DNA of 64,000 bases from a virus (lineage: Duplodnaviria; Caudoviricetes): IMG/VR virus record IMGVR_UViG_2841096034_000001. One strand, 5' to 3'. Both the position numbers and the translations under genes were made by a program. Shown here in pieces: positions 9,879 to 18,593 of this stretch; within the stretch, counting starts at the first letter, position 1, and every line of letters begins with the position of its first letter. The notes beneath the pieces were generated by a model. It had not been told where the DNA came from. It ran no database searches and worked only from the letters and a program-made list of their open reading frames with translations.

Positions 9879-11415
9879 TTAGTTTCACCTCACCTAAAGG
9901 TGTTACATGATAGACGCGCTTTTTTTGCGTAATTAAGCCAAGGTCTTCTAAAATACTCAATCCTTGATATACACGAAACGTATTATATACAGGGGTATCT
10001 TCGGCAATTAGGTATAGCTTGCCATTGTTCTCAGTAAAGTGATACGTCTCATTATTAGTCGTAATCATTTTATTTAAAGCAACTTTTTGATGTTGATCAA
10101 GAATATAATAATTTAAAATATAACTAATAAACTTGCTTACTGGTTTAGTCTTGTGTCCTTCTATCAACGATGTCCAACTTTGAAAAGAAATACTATCTCT
10201 TCCACCAAGGCGAAGCAATTCATAATGAAAATCCTGAAAGTCGGCTCGATTTTGTAACCGCAGATTTACATCTAACATGATTAGTAAGGGCTGCCACAGA
10301 TGATTTTTCACACTTTTTTCTTGTTCTTCCATATGTTTGAGAAATGTTTCACGCCTATCATATGGAAATGAAAGATCATTTTCCAGATCTTTAACCGTCT
10401 GTTGTAAATCATAGCCCTGCTCACTTAATTCCACTAACACCGCAGAAATTAGTTCCGCTTTTGTGAATACTCTTTTGGACATTTTATCTAAAAGATACGT
10501 CCATATATTTAGGAGACTATAAGTGAAAAATTGTCTCGCCTGATAAATTTCCCAACCAATAGCAACTTCGTTCACTCCAGCTTGTAAGTTTATTTTATTA
10601 TGATAAAAGCTATCATACATGTGATGTTGCCAATCTTGAATCGATACTTTCTGCCCGTTAAAGTGGTTAATTAAAATCATGTAATAAAGAAGTGAATCTC
10701 TCCGCCATTCCCCTTTTGGGCTTTTGGGTTGTTCTGGCATAAACATGTTTGTGAGTAGTTTTCTATCCTTTGAGGAAGCATCTAATGATGCTAAAGCAGC
10801 AACTTTACCATATTCAACTAAGACTTCTCTTGGGACATTTATATCTTGCTTTCTATATGTTTTATAATACGTAGTATCTTTTACGTTAAGCTCAAACGCA
10901 TCGGCTAACTCTTTTCCAAAAGGTGTTAACCTATCAATGTTAACACCTTTTTTTGCATCACCAGCTTTGGTGACCCCCATTATCTTCATTACGTTTCGAT
11001 ACGTCCCATATCCTCCAAATGGATCCTTTACATACTTTGTATCAACAGAAAATCCCTGTTGATCCGAATTCCATACTTTATATCCATGGGTACTTCCAAT
11101 CACACTATTAATAGTTCCTTCTCGTTCTTCAGCTTCTGCAATGTTTGCTAGAATATAATACCATTCTTGTTTTTTTAAATAAGTTTTAAAATTTTGTACT
11201 GACTTTTTATCCGGCACATTTTCAATAAAATCTTTCAGTACCCATGCGAAGAACGACCAATATCTCGCCCTAGGGGTGATGCTAGTAATTCCAGATTGCA
11301 ATGTATCCGCAATTGAAATCCCAACATAAAGAATCCCCAAATGGTCTTCCCCATTAATCGTCCTGAAATTATTTGTTGTCCACCTTGGGCCTTGTGTCAT
11401 TTGTACAGTGGTCAC
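9871..11415 (-). CDS. Partner of PLD protein (DUF6361-like N-terminus); candidate defence
   Basis: GEDHLG..ADTLQSGITSITPRARYWSFFAW motif; C-terminal wHTH-like LEDLGLI..YHVTPLG; 8-nt overlap with PLD gene. Confidence 0.55.
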   Translation of the reverse strand: MTTVQMTQGPRWTTNNFRTINGEDHLGILYVGISIADTLQSGITSITPRARYWSFFAWVLKDFIENVPDKKSVQNFKTYLKKQEWYYILANIAEAEEREGTINSVIGSTHGYKVWNSDQQGFSVDTKYVKDPFGGYGTYRNVMKIMGVTKAGDAKKGVNIDRLTPFGKELADAFELNVKDTTYYKTYRKQDINVPREVLVEYGKVAALASLDASSKDRKLLTNMFMPEQPKSPKGEWRRDSLLYYMILINHFNGQKVSIQDWQHHMYDSFYHNKINLQAGVNEVAIGWEIYQARQFFTYSLLNIWTYLLDKMSKRVFTKAELISAVLVELSEQGYDLQQTVKDLENDLSFPYDRRETFLKHMEEQEKSVKNHLWQPLLIMLDVNLRLQNRADFQDFHYELLRLGGRDSISFQSWTSLIEGHKTKPVSKFISYILNYYILDQHQKVALNKMITTNNETYHFTENNGKLYLIAEDTPVYNTFRVYQGLSILEDLGLITQKKRVYHVTPLGEVKLSG

Positions 11416-11635
11416 CTCTCTATATTGTAGGAAAGTAAATCTATTATAATTTTAGCACAATCTTAGGAACAGAGATGTTGTCACAGAGTACTAGAGATAC
11501 TGTACATCAATTGATCCTAATCGTCCTCTTTAACGGAACAAACAACGCAATCCAATCTTCCTGAATTGCGTCCTTTTCTAACACTTCTTATTGCACTTAG
11601 ATAATTTAATGGAATTACCCAGTATTCAAATTTCA

Positions 11636-12946
11636 TTATAGAGGACGAACACTTCCTGATTTAAGACCAGAATTCACATTTCCATATACCTTTCTTATTT
11701 CTCTTTCGTTTTCTAATGCTGTATTCCATTTGGACAATAAGGTTTGAGCTATATAATTAAAATATTGCTCCACATGTGTCTCCATGTGATCTTTATAATC
11801 GTTAAAAGAATTATAGGTATTTATATATCTAAAATATGTTTCAAATAAAACTGCATCATCAAAATATGTATCAACTATAAAACAATAGGTTGAATCCTTA
11901 GGAAAAAAATACTCAGTCATCTTTTTCAATAAATTAAATTGCTTTTTATCTAATTGAAACCATTCATTAGACAGTAACTTTCTTTTTCCTGGATTATTTT
12001 TATCATACCTGTGTTCATTTGCTAATTTGGAAATATATTTTCCTGAAAGTACGACTAAAACATCTGAAATTCGAAGACCGACATGAGTAACAGAATCTTC
12101 ATTTTCTTTTATTGAGGGAATATCCAATTTTTTGAAGGGGTCTATGGGTATCCCTTCATCAAGAATCAGTTCTGCCGACTGGCTATCAAATTTATTATAA
12201 AAGTTCATTTCTGTAATCCACAAGTCAATGTCAAATGTCACCTTGTTCCAATCAAATGAGACTTCATTAAAAGGGGTATCTTGAATAAAATGCTTTGTTT
12301 TTCTAATCGTTTGTACTAACCTTTCATAATCCTGTATTTGGTACTTCATTCTTTGAATGTTCTTATTCTTTGTCACAAAAGCTGCCAGGTCTTTCTGAAT
12401 TTCCGTAAGAACTTCTCTATTTCCCTTATACTTATCAAAGATAGATTGAATTACACTATCACTGGCTTCAAGTTCCAAATATTTCACAAGAGAGTATTTA
12501 AAAAGTCGTGCCGATTCTATATATCTTTTTTCTTCTAATTTTAGGATCCACTGTGTCAATCTGTTGTCTGCAACTAGAGACATTTTATTTATAGTAAATA
12601 ATAAATTGTCAACGTGGTTCTCAAGAAGTATATCAAACAAGGAATTATAAAAATCTAGCTCACGATTTTTAAGACTCGCGATACCATACTTGAAATTCTT
12701 GGCCAAAATATCTTTTCCTTTTAATTCTTTATAGTCAGGTAAATTCCTTGAGGAAATATATTTCTTTTCTAACAATTTATAATTCTCTTCAATTTTATGG
12801 AGACTTTCCCTATTTATCTTAATTAAGTCAGCAACATAAACATACATGTTGTCACTTCCTAACCGAATTTTTTTCTCTTCATCATAGGGAGTCGTCATCC
12901 TAATTGTATCTTGGGGTCCTTTTTCATCAATATATAAGTAATGCAT
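11636..12946 (-). CDS. DUF3800-like (RNase H-fold) protein
   Basis: N-terminal YLYIDEKG, central LILDEG, and DS..GLRISDVLV resembling the QxAD motif. Confidence 0.6.
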   Translation of the reverse strand: MHYLYIDEKGPQDTIRMTTPYDEEKKIRLGSDNMYVYVADLIKINRESLHKIEENYKLLEKKYISSRNLPDYKELKGKDILAKNFKYGIASLKNRELDFYNSLFDILLENHVDNLLFTINKMSLVADNRLTQWILKLEEKRYIESARLFKYSLVKYLELEASDSVIQSIFDKYKGNREVLTEIQKDLAAFVTKNKNIQRMKYQIQDYERLVQTIRKTKHFIQDTPFNEVSFDWNKVTFDIDLWITEMNFYNKFDSQSAELILDEGIPIDPFKKLDIPSIKENEDSVTHVGLRISDVLVVLSGKYISKLANEHRYDKNNPGKRKLLSNEWFQLDKKQFNLLKKMTEYFFPKDSTYCFIVDTYFDDAVLFETYFRYINTYNSFNDYKDHMETHVEQYFNYIAQTLLSKWNTALENEREIRKVYGNVNSGLKSGSVRPL

Positions 12947-13074
12947 TTTTTCATCCTTTCATATCAGATTAAAATACTTTTTCCCTATTTAAAACCTAAT
13001 CCATTTTTAGACACCTATCATTCACGTCTTAAAAAATATAAATTTCATTAAAAGATAAACATAATCGAAGTTAT

Positions 13075-13320
13075 ATGAATTTTTAATGTAGTACCTATTT
13101 AAACGGCTAGCTCCATTGCCATTTTTAAGCGCTCCCAAGATTTTGTCTTACTCTTTCATGTGTTTATACATTACATCATCGCAGCTACGCATATTTTGGT
13201 TAGGTCCAGGATAACCTCCAACTCTTATATGAAGTTCTTTTTAAGAAATTTCTAAAATTTCTCAAGGAAATAAAACAATCTACAATAAAATAGTTGAATT
13301 TCTTTTTGAAACTTAAACTC
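13075..13320 (-). pseudogene. Degenerate remnant of a small conserved protein (LHxRVGGYPG family)
   Basis: Manual translation LEIS*KELHIRVGGYPGPNQNMRSCDDVMYKHMKE*DKILG..GNGASRLNRYY with internal stops. Confidence 0.5.
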
Positions 13321-13321
13321 T

Positions 13322-15004
13322 CTAATGATTAATATCTTTAACTTTCTCTTTTGACCCCAACGCCTCTAAAGTATTATCAAAAGCATCCATGATTCTTTTA
13401 TCAATAAATTTTGGCCTCTTCATTGGGAAATTCCTTTGATATAAAAAATCTTTAAATGAAGTTAGAGGATTGTCAAAAAATTCATTAACAATGTTAAATA
13501 TAGATCTTTTCTTAGAGATTAGGTAGCAAAGCGCTTCAAATTCTTCTATATCTAAATTCACAAAACCTTTAATTAAATCAGATTCCCTGACATCTTTAAG
13601 TTTATCTTTTACAAAATTTTCAAATGATCCTAGGCTGCGACATTTGTTTGTTGTTACTGAGAATATGTAAACTTCTTCAATGCTCTCTAGTTTATTTGAC
13701 ACAGTTGTTTCTATAATTTCTGTAATGGATTTAAATGCTTGTTGAACTGGCTCAATATTCATTTTGTTAAAATCTTTTTTTATAGTTACTTCATCACCTT
13801 GTAAAAAAGATGCTGCCCGTACTCTTCTGTTCTTTACTTCAAAAACAGCTAGTTTATTTCCAAGTTTAATCATGACATCGGGAGATTTTTTTGAATTGTT
13901 CTCTCCATAATTAAACTCCTCAATAAATTCATAGTGTCCTAACTTAGATTGATTTACACTCTCTTCACCTAAAAGGGCAGCATATTCTTCAAAAGGTCTT
14001 CCTAGAAATCCAAGTATTTTATCATCATTATACATTTGTCTCACTTTAAAGAAGAAGGATTCATAAACTTTATCCTCTAAAAATGGTGTACACACTGGAA
14101 AGTAACATTCATTACTATACTTAAATAACGGTTTTATCTGAAACAACGAAAAATCCCATGGGTTATGAATAGTCTTCATCGCCCATTTTTTTGCATCCGA
14201 ATAACTAAAGGAAAGTTCGTTAACTACTTTCACTCCAGTCGTATCTAAATGGGTATTATGATAATAATTTATAGGATTTATAAGCACTGGTTCATTTGTC
14301 GATTTTTTATCTGAACTTAAAAACTTGCTTATTAGAGATGTTATGATTGAAAAATATTCCTTCATAGAATAAGGGTTTAATTTTTCAAAATCTGATTGAA
14401 TGTCTATGAATTCTTTCTTATTATACCTGCTCTCATCAGCAGCTAAATCTAGATATATATATGAAGATCTACCTAATGAAGCGAATACTTCAGGTCTGTT
14501 ATTAAAATAAATATTTCTAATTAGTTCAATTTCTAAAGATTTGGACTCATCTCTATATAAGGTGTCTCCAATTTTAGCGAATAAGGAAATGACGCTACCT
14601 ATTAAATCGTTTTCTGATAAATTAGAGGATTTCTTTAACATTTCTTCAGTACCATATGCAAAAATGTATTTCCACAAAGTTAAAATACATTGATAATTTA
14701 ATATAGTTCTACTAGCTATAACTGATGCTGCTCTTTGTGTTAAAAGTCCTTTCTTCTTTAAATAAAATAAATAACTTCTTTTTATGTCTGGATCCATCTT
14801 ATCAAGATACTGTAACCTAGATAAAAGTAAAATAGTGTCTTGCAAAGGCTTATTCTCGATAGCATTCTTTATACTTTCTTCCTTACCTTTGATTCCAAAC
14901 AGTTCACTATAAGTTAGGTAAACTGAAATGTTACTTTTATTTAATTTTCTCATTAGTTCACATCCTTTTTTTATTTCTGTAATTTCAATGTTTATTTGGC
15001 ACAC
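13322..15004 (-). CDS. Protein with C-terminal PD-(D/E)xK nuclease domain; candidate defence (likely start ATG 14953)
   Basis: GRPFEEY...SPDVMIKLGNKLAVFEVK restriction-endonuclease-like motif; AT-rich. Confidence 0.65.
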   Translation of the reverse strand: MCQINIEITEIKKGCELMRKLNKSNISVYLTYSELFGIKGKEESIKNAIENKPLQDTILLLSRLQYLDKMDPDIKRSYLFYLKKKGLLTQRAASVIASRTILNYQCILTLWKYIFAYGTEEMLKKSSNLSENDLIGSVISLFAKIGDTLYRDESKSLEIELIRNIYFNNRPEVFASLGRSSYIYLDLAADESRYNKKEFIDIQSDFEKLNPYSMKEYFSIITSLISKFLSSDKKSTNEPVLINPINYYHNTHLDTTGVKVVNELSFSYSDAKKWAMKTIHNPWDFSLFQIKPLFKYSNECYFPVCTPFLEDKVYESFFFKVRQMYNDDKILGFLGRPFEEYAALLGEESVNQSKLGHYEFIEEFNYGENNSKKSPDVMIKLGNKLAVFEVKNRRVRAASFLQGDEVTIKKDFNKMNIEPVQQAFKSITEIIETTVSNKLESIEEVYIFSVTTNKCRSLGSFENFVKDKLKDVRESDLIKGFVNLDIEEFEALCYLISKKRSIFNIVNEFFDNPLTSFKDFLYQRNFPMKRPKFIDKRIMDAFDNTLEALGSKEKVKDINH

Positions 15005-15613
15005 TCATACCTATAGAGTATTGAAATCTAATAGGTGCTGATAACAAAATCACTATTCATTTCAGTAATGTTATTTATAGTTCCGTAAATTTCTTCCCCT
15101 TTTAAAATTTTTTAAATTTAATTCCTCAATCAAAATAAATCTCTTCTTACAATTTTGTAATGTTTAATTAGGTATATTTTAACATTATCTTGAAATCAAG
15201 TCTTTAAGATAACTACCCTATTCTTGAAGATAGTTTCGAGATATTTTCCCTATTATAAAATACCAATTATTTCAAATTAATCTCTTATTAACCTCTTTCC
15301 CAAAATAGCTGGATTTTCATCTTTAACGTCCGACCAAGTAACACTTTAACTGGTCGATAACCACCTCTTCTGTATCATCATCTCCAAAGTATTTCACCAA
15401 CTTATTGAATTGTAAGCAATATGTTTTCACATTTAGTAACGAACTGCTTCTGATAGGAGCACCTTCTATCACTCTCCAAAACTATGAACCTTTATTTCAT
15501 TAAGGTTCATAGTTTTGGAGAGGAATTCCTATACTTTAGGCATTTATATAAAAAGAAATCTTAATTCCCTTTATCTTTCACCTACATTTATATCCAATTA
15601 TTGTAATTATATG

Positions 15614-15642
15614 TTGAATAATAGAACGCACGTTCGTATAAT
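15614..15642 (+). promoter_or_regulatory. SigA promoter with LexA (SOS) box in the spacer
   Basis: TTGAAT 15614-19, 17-bp spacer, TATAAT 15637-42; AGAACGCACGTTCG at 15623-36 matches the Firmicute CGAAC-N4-GTTCG consensus. Confidence 0.85.
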
Positions 15643-15664
15643 GCTTGTAAGGATGGTGATTAGT

Positions 15665-16177
15665 TTGAGATTTCCTTACTATACAACAACAATTCTAGAA
15701 GATTTAATAACTCAGTGGTATAAAATTCACAAATTTACAGAGCCCAATGATTTAAATGTTTACAGCATTGGAACAGAGTCACAAATCTTTGTCACTTGTA
15801 GACCTACTCAAGCTAGTTACATGAAAGTAGGAAAGTTTCAAGAAATTGTCTTGGATAGTCGCCTACCATATATACAACAACGAGAGCAATTCTTCCATGA
15901 GCTTTGCCACGCAATAAGGCATGCAGGTCGCCAATCTATCATGCCATATTCTTTTTACGAACTTCAGGAAAGAGACGCCAGGCACTTTACTCTCTATGCC
16001 TCGCTTCCCATCCATATGATTAATGAATATAACATTGCTAGCCCAGCAATTGTTGACCAGTTATCGCAAGATTTTATGATTCCAAAGAACATTTGTATTG
16101 AACGCTTAGAAAAGATTAAGAATCGAATTGTACCATCCGTTAGACCTCAATTCTTTAATATAAAAAAGGAGGGATAA
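15665..16177 (+). CDS. immA: ImmA/IrrE-family metallopeptidase (anti-repressor)
   Basis: EQFFHELCHAIRHAG (HExxH) and downstream ERDA; true start likely TTG 15665 after the SOS promoter and SD, not 15515. Confidence 0.85.
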   Translation: MRFPYYTTTILEDLITQWYKIHKFTEPNDLNVYSIGTESQIFVTCRPTQASYMKVGKFQEIVLDSRLPYIQQREQFFHELCHAIRHAGRQSIMPYSFYELQERDARHFTLYASLPIHMINEYNIASPAIVDQLSQDFMIPKNICIERLEKIKNRIVPSVRPQFFNIKKEG

Positions 16178-16179
16178 AT

Positions 16180-17358
16180 ATGGCTAATTTCCGAAAAAGA
16201 GGGAGTAAATGGTACTTTCAAATATATACAGGTATAGATCCATCCACTGGGAGAAAGAAGTTCACATCTAAAGGAGGATTTAAGACTAAAAAGGAAGCTC
16301 AGATGGCCGCAGTTGAAGTAGAAAAGGAAGTATTTGAAAACACATATGTTCAAGAGCAAAATATTACCTTTCAAGAATTTACTTTAGAGTGGATTAAGAA
16401 TTATCGTGAAACCGCCAAAATTAGTTCTGTTAGAAACCGGCAGCAAAACTTGGATCACTTAAACAGATTTTTTGGAAATAAAAAAATAAAAGATATCACG
16501 CGTAAACAGTATCAAGCCTTGCTTGCTTCGCTGCATAATGCAGGCTACGCTTTTAATACTTTGGATGGCATTCATGCAACAGGTAGAATGGTCTTTAGGA
16601 AAGCTGTGGAATTTAACATAATTAAGGACAGTCCTTGCGACTTTGCAAAAATTCCACGCAAAGTGGAAACCGTTGAGGAGGTTGAGAGCAGTAAAGGTGA
16701 GATTAAATTTATGGAAAAAGAAGAACTTATTCGTTTTCTTAATGCTGCAAAGGAAAGTGGCATCGATAAAGACTACCCCATGTTTTTGACACTTGCTTAT
16801 AGTGGATTACGAGTAGGGGAGCTTATCGCATTAAAATGGTCGGATATAGATATGGATAAAAAAACCTTAAGAGTAACCAAAACTTATTACAACCCCAACA
16901 ATAGTACAAAAGAGTATCAATTACTGACTCCCAAAACTAAAGGATCGATCAGAACGTTAAAAATGGACGCTGGAGTTATTGAGGTCCTCCAAAAACACAA
17001 GGAACACCAGGATTATCTCATTGAAAAGATGAAGAACGAGTATACTCAACTGGATTTTGTTTTTGCTAAGGAAGTTCAGAACCTTGGATACCCTGAATTT
17101 TTAAAGACCGTAAACACCCATATGAGACGTTTATTAAAAATTAGTGGCATCGATAAGGAACTTACCCCTCACTCCTTGCGACACACCCACACCTCTCTAT
17201 TAATTGAAGCAGGAGTAGGAGTTAAGGAAATTCAGCAACGATTAGGTCATGGAGATATAAACACAACCATGAATATATACGCGCACATTACTGAAAACAT
17301 GGAAGAAAAAGCCTCCCAAAAGTTCAGTGAACTTATGAGAGGCTCATTAGATTTATAG
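16180..17358 (+). CDS. int: Tyrosine integrase
   Basis: N-terminal arm-binding domain; catalytic GLRVGE, PKT, HSLRH, LGH, IYAH all intact. Confidence 0.95.
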   Translation: MANFRKRGSKWYFQIYTGIDPSTGRKKFTSKGGFKTKKEAQMAAVEVEKEVFENTYVQEQNITFQEFTLEWIKNYRETAKISSVRNRQQNLDHLNRFFGNKKIKDITRKQYQALLASLHNAGYAFNTLDGIHATGRMVFRKAVEFNIIKDSPCDFAKIPRKVETVEEVESSKGEIKFMEKEELIRFLNAAKESGIDKDYPMFLTLAYSGLRVGELIALKWSDIDMDKKTLRVTKTYYNPNNSTKEYQLLTPKTKGSIRTLKMDAGVIEVLQKHKEHQDYLIEKMKNEYTQLDFVFAKEVQNLGYPEFLKTVNTHMRRLLKISGIDKELTPHSLRHTHTSLLIEAGVGVKEIQQRLGHGDINTTMNIYAHITENMEEKASQKFSELMRGSLDL

Positions 17359-17373
17359 TGTTTTCCCCGCCAG

Positions 17374-17433
17374 GTATGTCAAAAGTATGTCAATTTGACT
17401 TAAGGGGTGAAGCTAAACCCTTGATATCAAGGG
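17374..17433. repeat. Probable arm-type sites of ICE integrase plus inverted repeat
   Basis: GTATGTCAA direct repeats at 17374-82 and 17385-93; palindrome CCCTTGATATCAAGGG 17418-33. Confidence 0.6.
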
Positions 17434-17447
17434 TCATGGGGGCATGA

Positions 17448-17465
17448 TTACATCATGCCGCCCAT
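17448..17465 (-). other. groEL: Attachment-site core: duplicate of the groEL 3' end
   Basis: Minus strand ATGGGCGGCATGATGTAA = MGGMM*, the typical GroEL C-terminus, isolated in non-coding DNA; imperfect dyad GGCATGA-TTACA-TCATGCC. Confidence 0.85.
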
Positions 17466-17580
17466 ACTTGAGCGGACTTTCCCTCACTTTTCATCTCCTT
17501 GAATTCCCCTAAAAATCAATTTACCACACCCCCGAATTCAGAAAATACATTCATATGTTTTCGGTAAACTTTTTCGATTC

Positions 17581-17612
17581 GTGAGGTTTTCTGTGAGGTT
17601 ACAAAACCTCAC
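17581..17612. repeat. Probable arm-type sites of the prophage integrase
   Basis: GTGAGGTT at 17581-88 and 17593-600, inverted copy AACCTCAC 17605-12. Confidence 0.6.
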
Positions 17613-17708
17613 ACATATAACACAAAAAAATGGTAACCTTGAAATAGTGAGAGAAGCTCTCCCTTTAATACAAGCTACTACATTTTTTTATGTTATTTAA
17701 ATCTTATT

Positions 17709-17738
17709 AAAAAAGACCTCTATATTTAGAGGTCTTTT
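17709..17738. terminator. Terminator after moron operon
   Basis: AAAAAAGACCTCTA-TATT-TAGAGGTCTTTT. Confidence 0.75.
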
Positions 17739-18063
17739 ACAATACAGTGCCTATCGTTACTAAAGAACCCACCATACCTATAGAATCCTTTATCCATCCC
17801 CAATATTTTTTTGCTTTTTCCTTATCATGTTCTCTTAAAGCAACTCTCATTTTTTCATAATGCCCCAGAACCTCTTCTTGTTCTTTTTCATTATTGGTAT
17901 GCTCTATTATTTCATCCTTTAAATTATTTAATGTTTCTTCGGATACACCATGGGCATATTCGAAGTGCTGATCTATTTCCTTAGCTTCTACTTCACTTTC
18001 ATCACCCTGATTCACACCTGCTAAGTTACCTGTATTATTTAAATTTCTGCTATTATCATGCAC
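17737..18063 (-). CDS. Small protein with N/G-rich N-terminal motif and hydrophobic C-terminal helix; also the -1 frame extension of the upstream ORF
   Basis: Own SD GAGGGTG before GTG 18063; frame is open upstream to the A10 tract at 18215-24. Confidence 0.75.
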   Translation of the reverse strand: MHDNSRNLNNTGNLAGVNQGDESEVEAKEIDQHFEYAHGVSEETLNNLKDEIIEHTNNEKEQEEVLGHYEKMRVALREHDKEKAKKYWGWIKDSIGMVGSLVTIGTVL

Positions 18064-18188
18064 CTTATAGTCACCCTCAATATAGTTAATTGTTAAACCT
18101 ACTCCTAATTCTTTTAGGTGCTGGAGAGCACCGCTATCCTTTGAAAAGGCAGCAAGTGACGGTGGATCGTCTATTGAACTCTTTTCTT

Positions 18189-18590
18189 TTAGAGAGCTTT
18201 TAGCAGACTTGGGCTTTTTTTTTTAGATTCTCTAATATCTTGTCTATAGTGTCCACTTATAGAAAACACTGGAAATATTATATTTTCATTAATCAATATT
18301 TCCCTTTCACATTCGCATTCAACATATTGACCGATAAATTGGTCAATATCATCAGTTCTTAAGATAAGGGAATTACATTCGTAGTCATCACAACGAATTT
18401 CCCATTCGAGTTTCAAGCGTCCATCTAATGTTAACTTTAGGAGATATTCAAAAACTGTGTTTAAAGGAAGATCAGTAGCTTTGCTGACAATTGTTGGATA
18501 AAACCTTTTGACACGGGAATACGCTATTTCTTCAATAACATTTTCAATTTTACGTTTATCCTGATAATGTAACTCTGCCACCACCTCCAC
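18189..18590 (-). CDS. wHTH plus zinc-ribbon protein ending at a slippery A10 tract
   Basis: CDDYEC and CECE cysteine pairs; TCT AAA AAA AAA AGC near the 3' end. Confidence 0.75.
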   Translation of the reverse strand: MEVVAELHYQDKRKIENVIEEIAYSRVKRFYPTIVSKATDLPLNTVFEYLLKLTLDGRLKLEWEIRCDDYECNSLILRTDDIDQFIGQYVECECEREILINENIIFPVFSISGHYRQDIRESKKKSPSLLKAL

Positions 18591-18593
18591 CTC

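Larger units (their letters stand above)
1..17465. mobile_element. Integrative conjugative element, integrase-proximal end (extends beyond left edge), inserted at groEL 3' end
   Basis: VirD4-like, VirB2-like and lipoprotein genes; ImmR/ImmA-like pair; tyrosine integrase ending 90 bp before a groEL 3'-end duplicate. Confidence 0.85.

Noticed and set aside
15250-15480. Possible gene remnant upstream of the PD-(D/E)xK gene
   Set aside because: About 50 open codons on the minus strand but no recognisable motif or start signals
15515-15664. N-terminal 50 codons of the ImmA ORF in the track
   Set aside because: Contains the promoter and LexA box; SD supports TTG 15665
1-17465. Phage satellite (PICI) interpretation of the left element
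   Set aside because: Despite the groEL site and phage-like switch, downstream genes are conjugative and no packaging-interference genes are visible in this window
17360-17700. tRNA or tmRNA as integration target
   Set aside because: No cloverleaf or CCA/T-loop pattern; core matches the groEL 3' end
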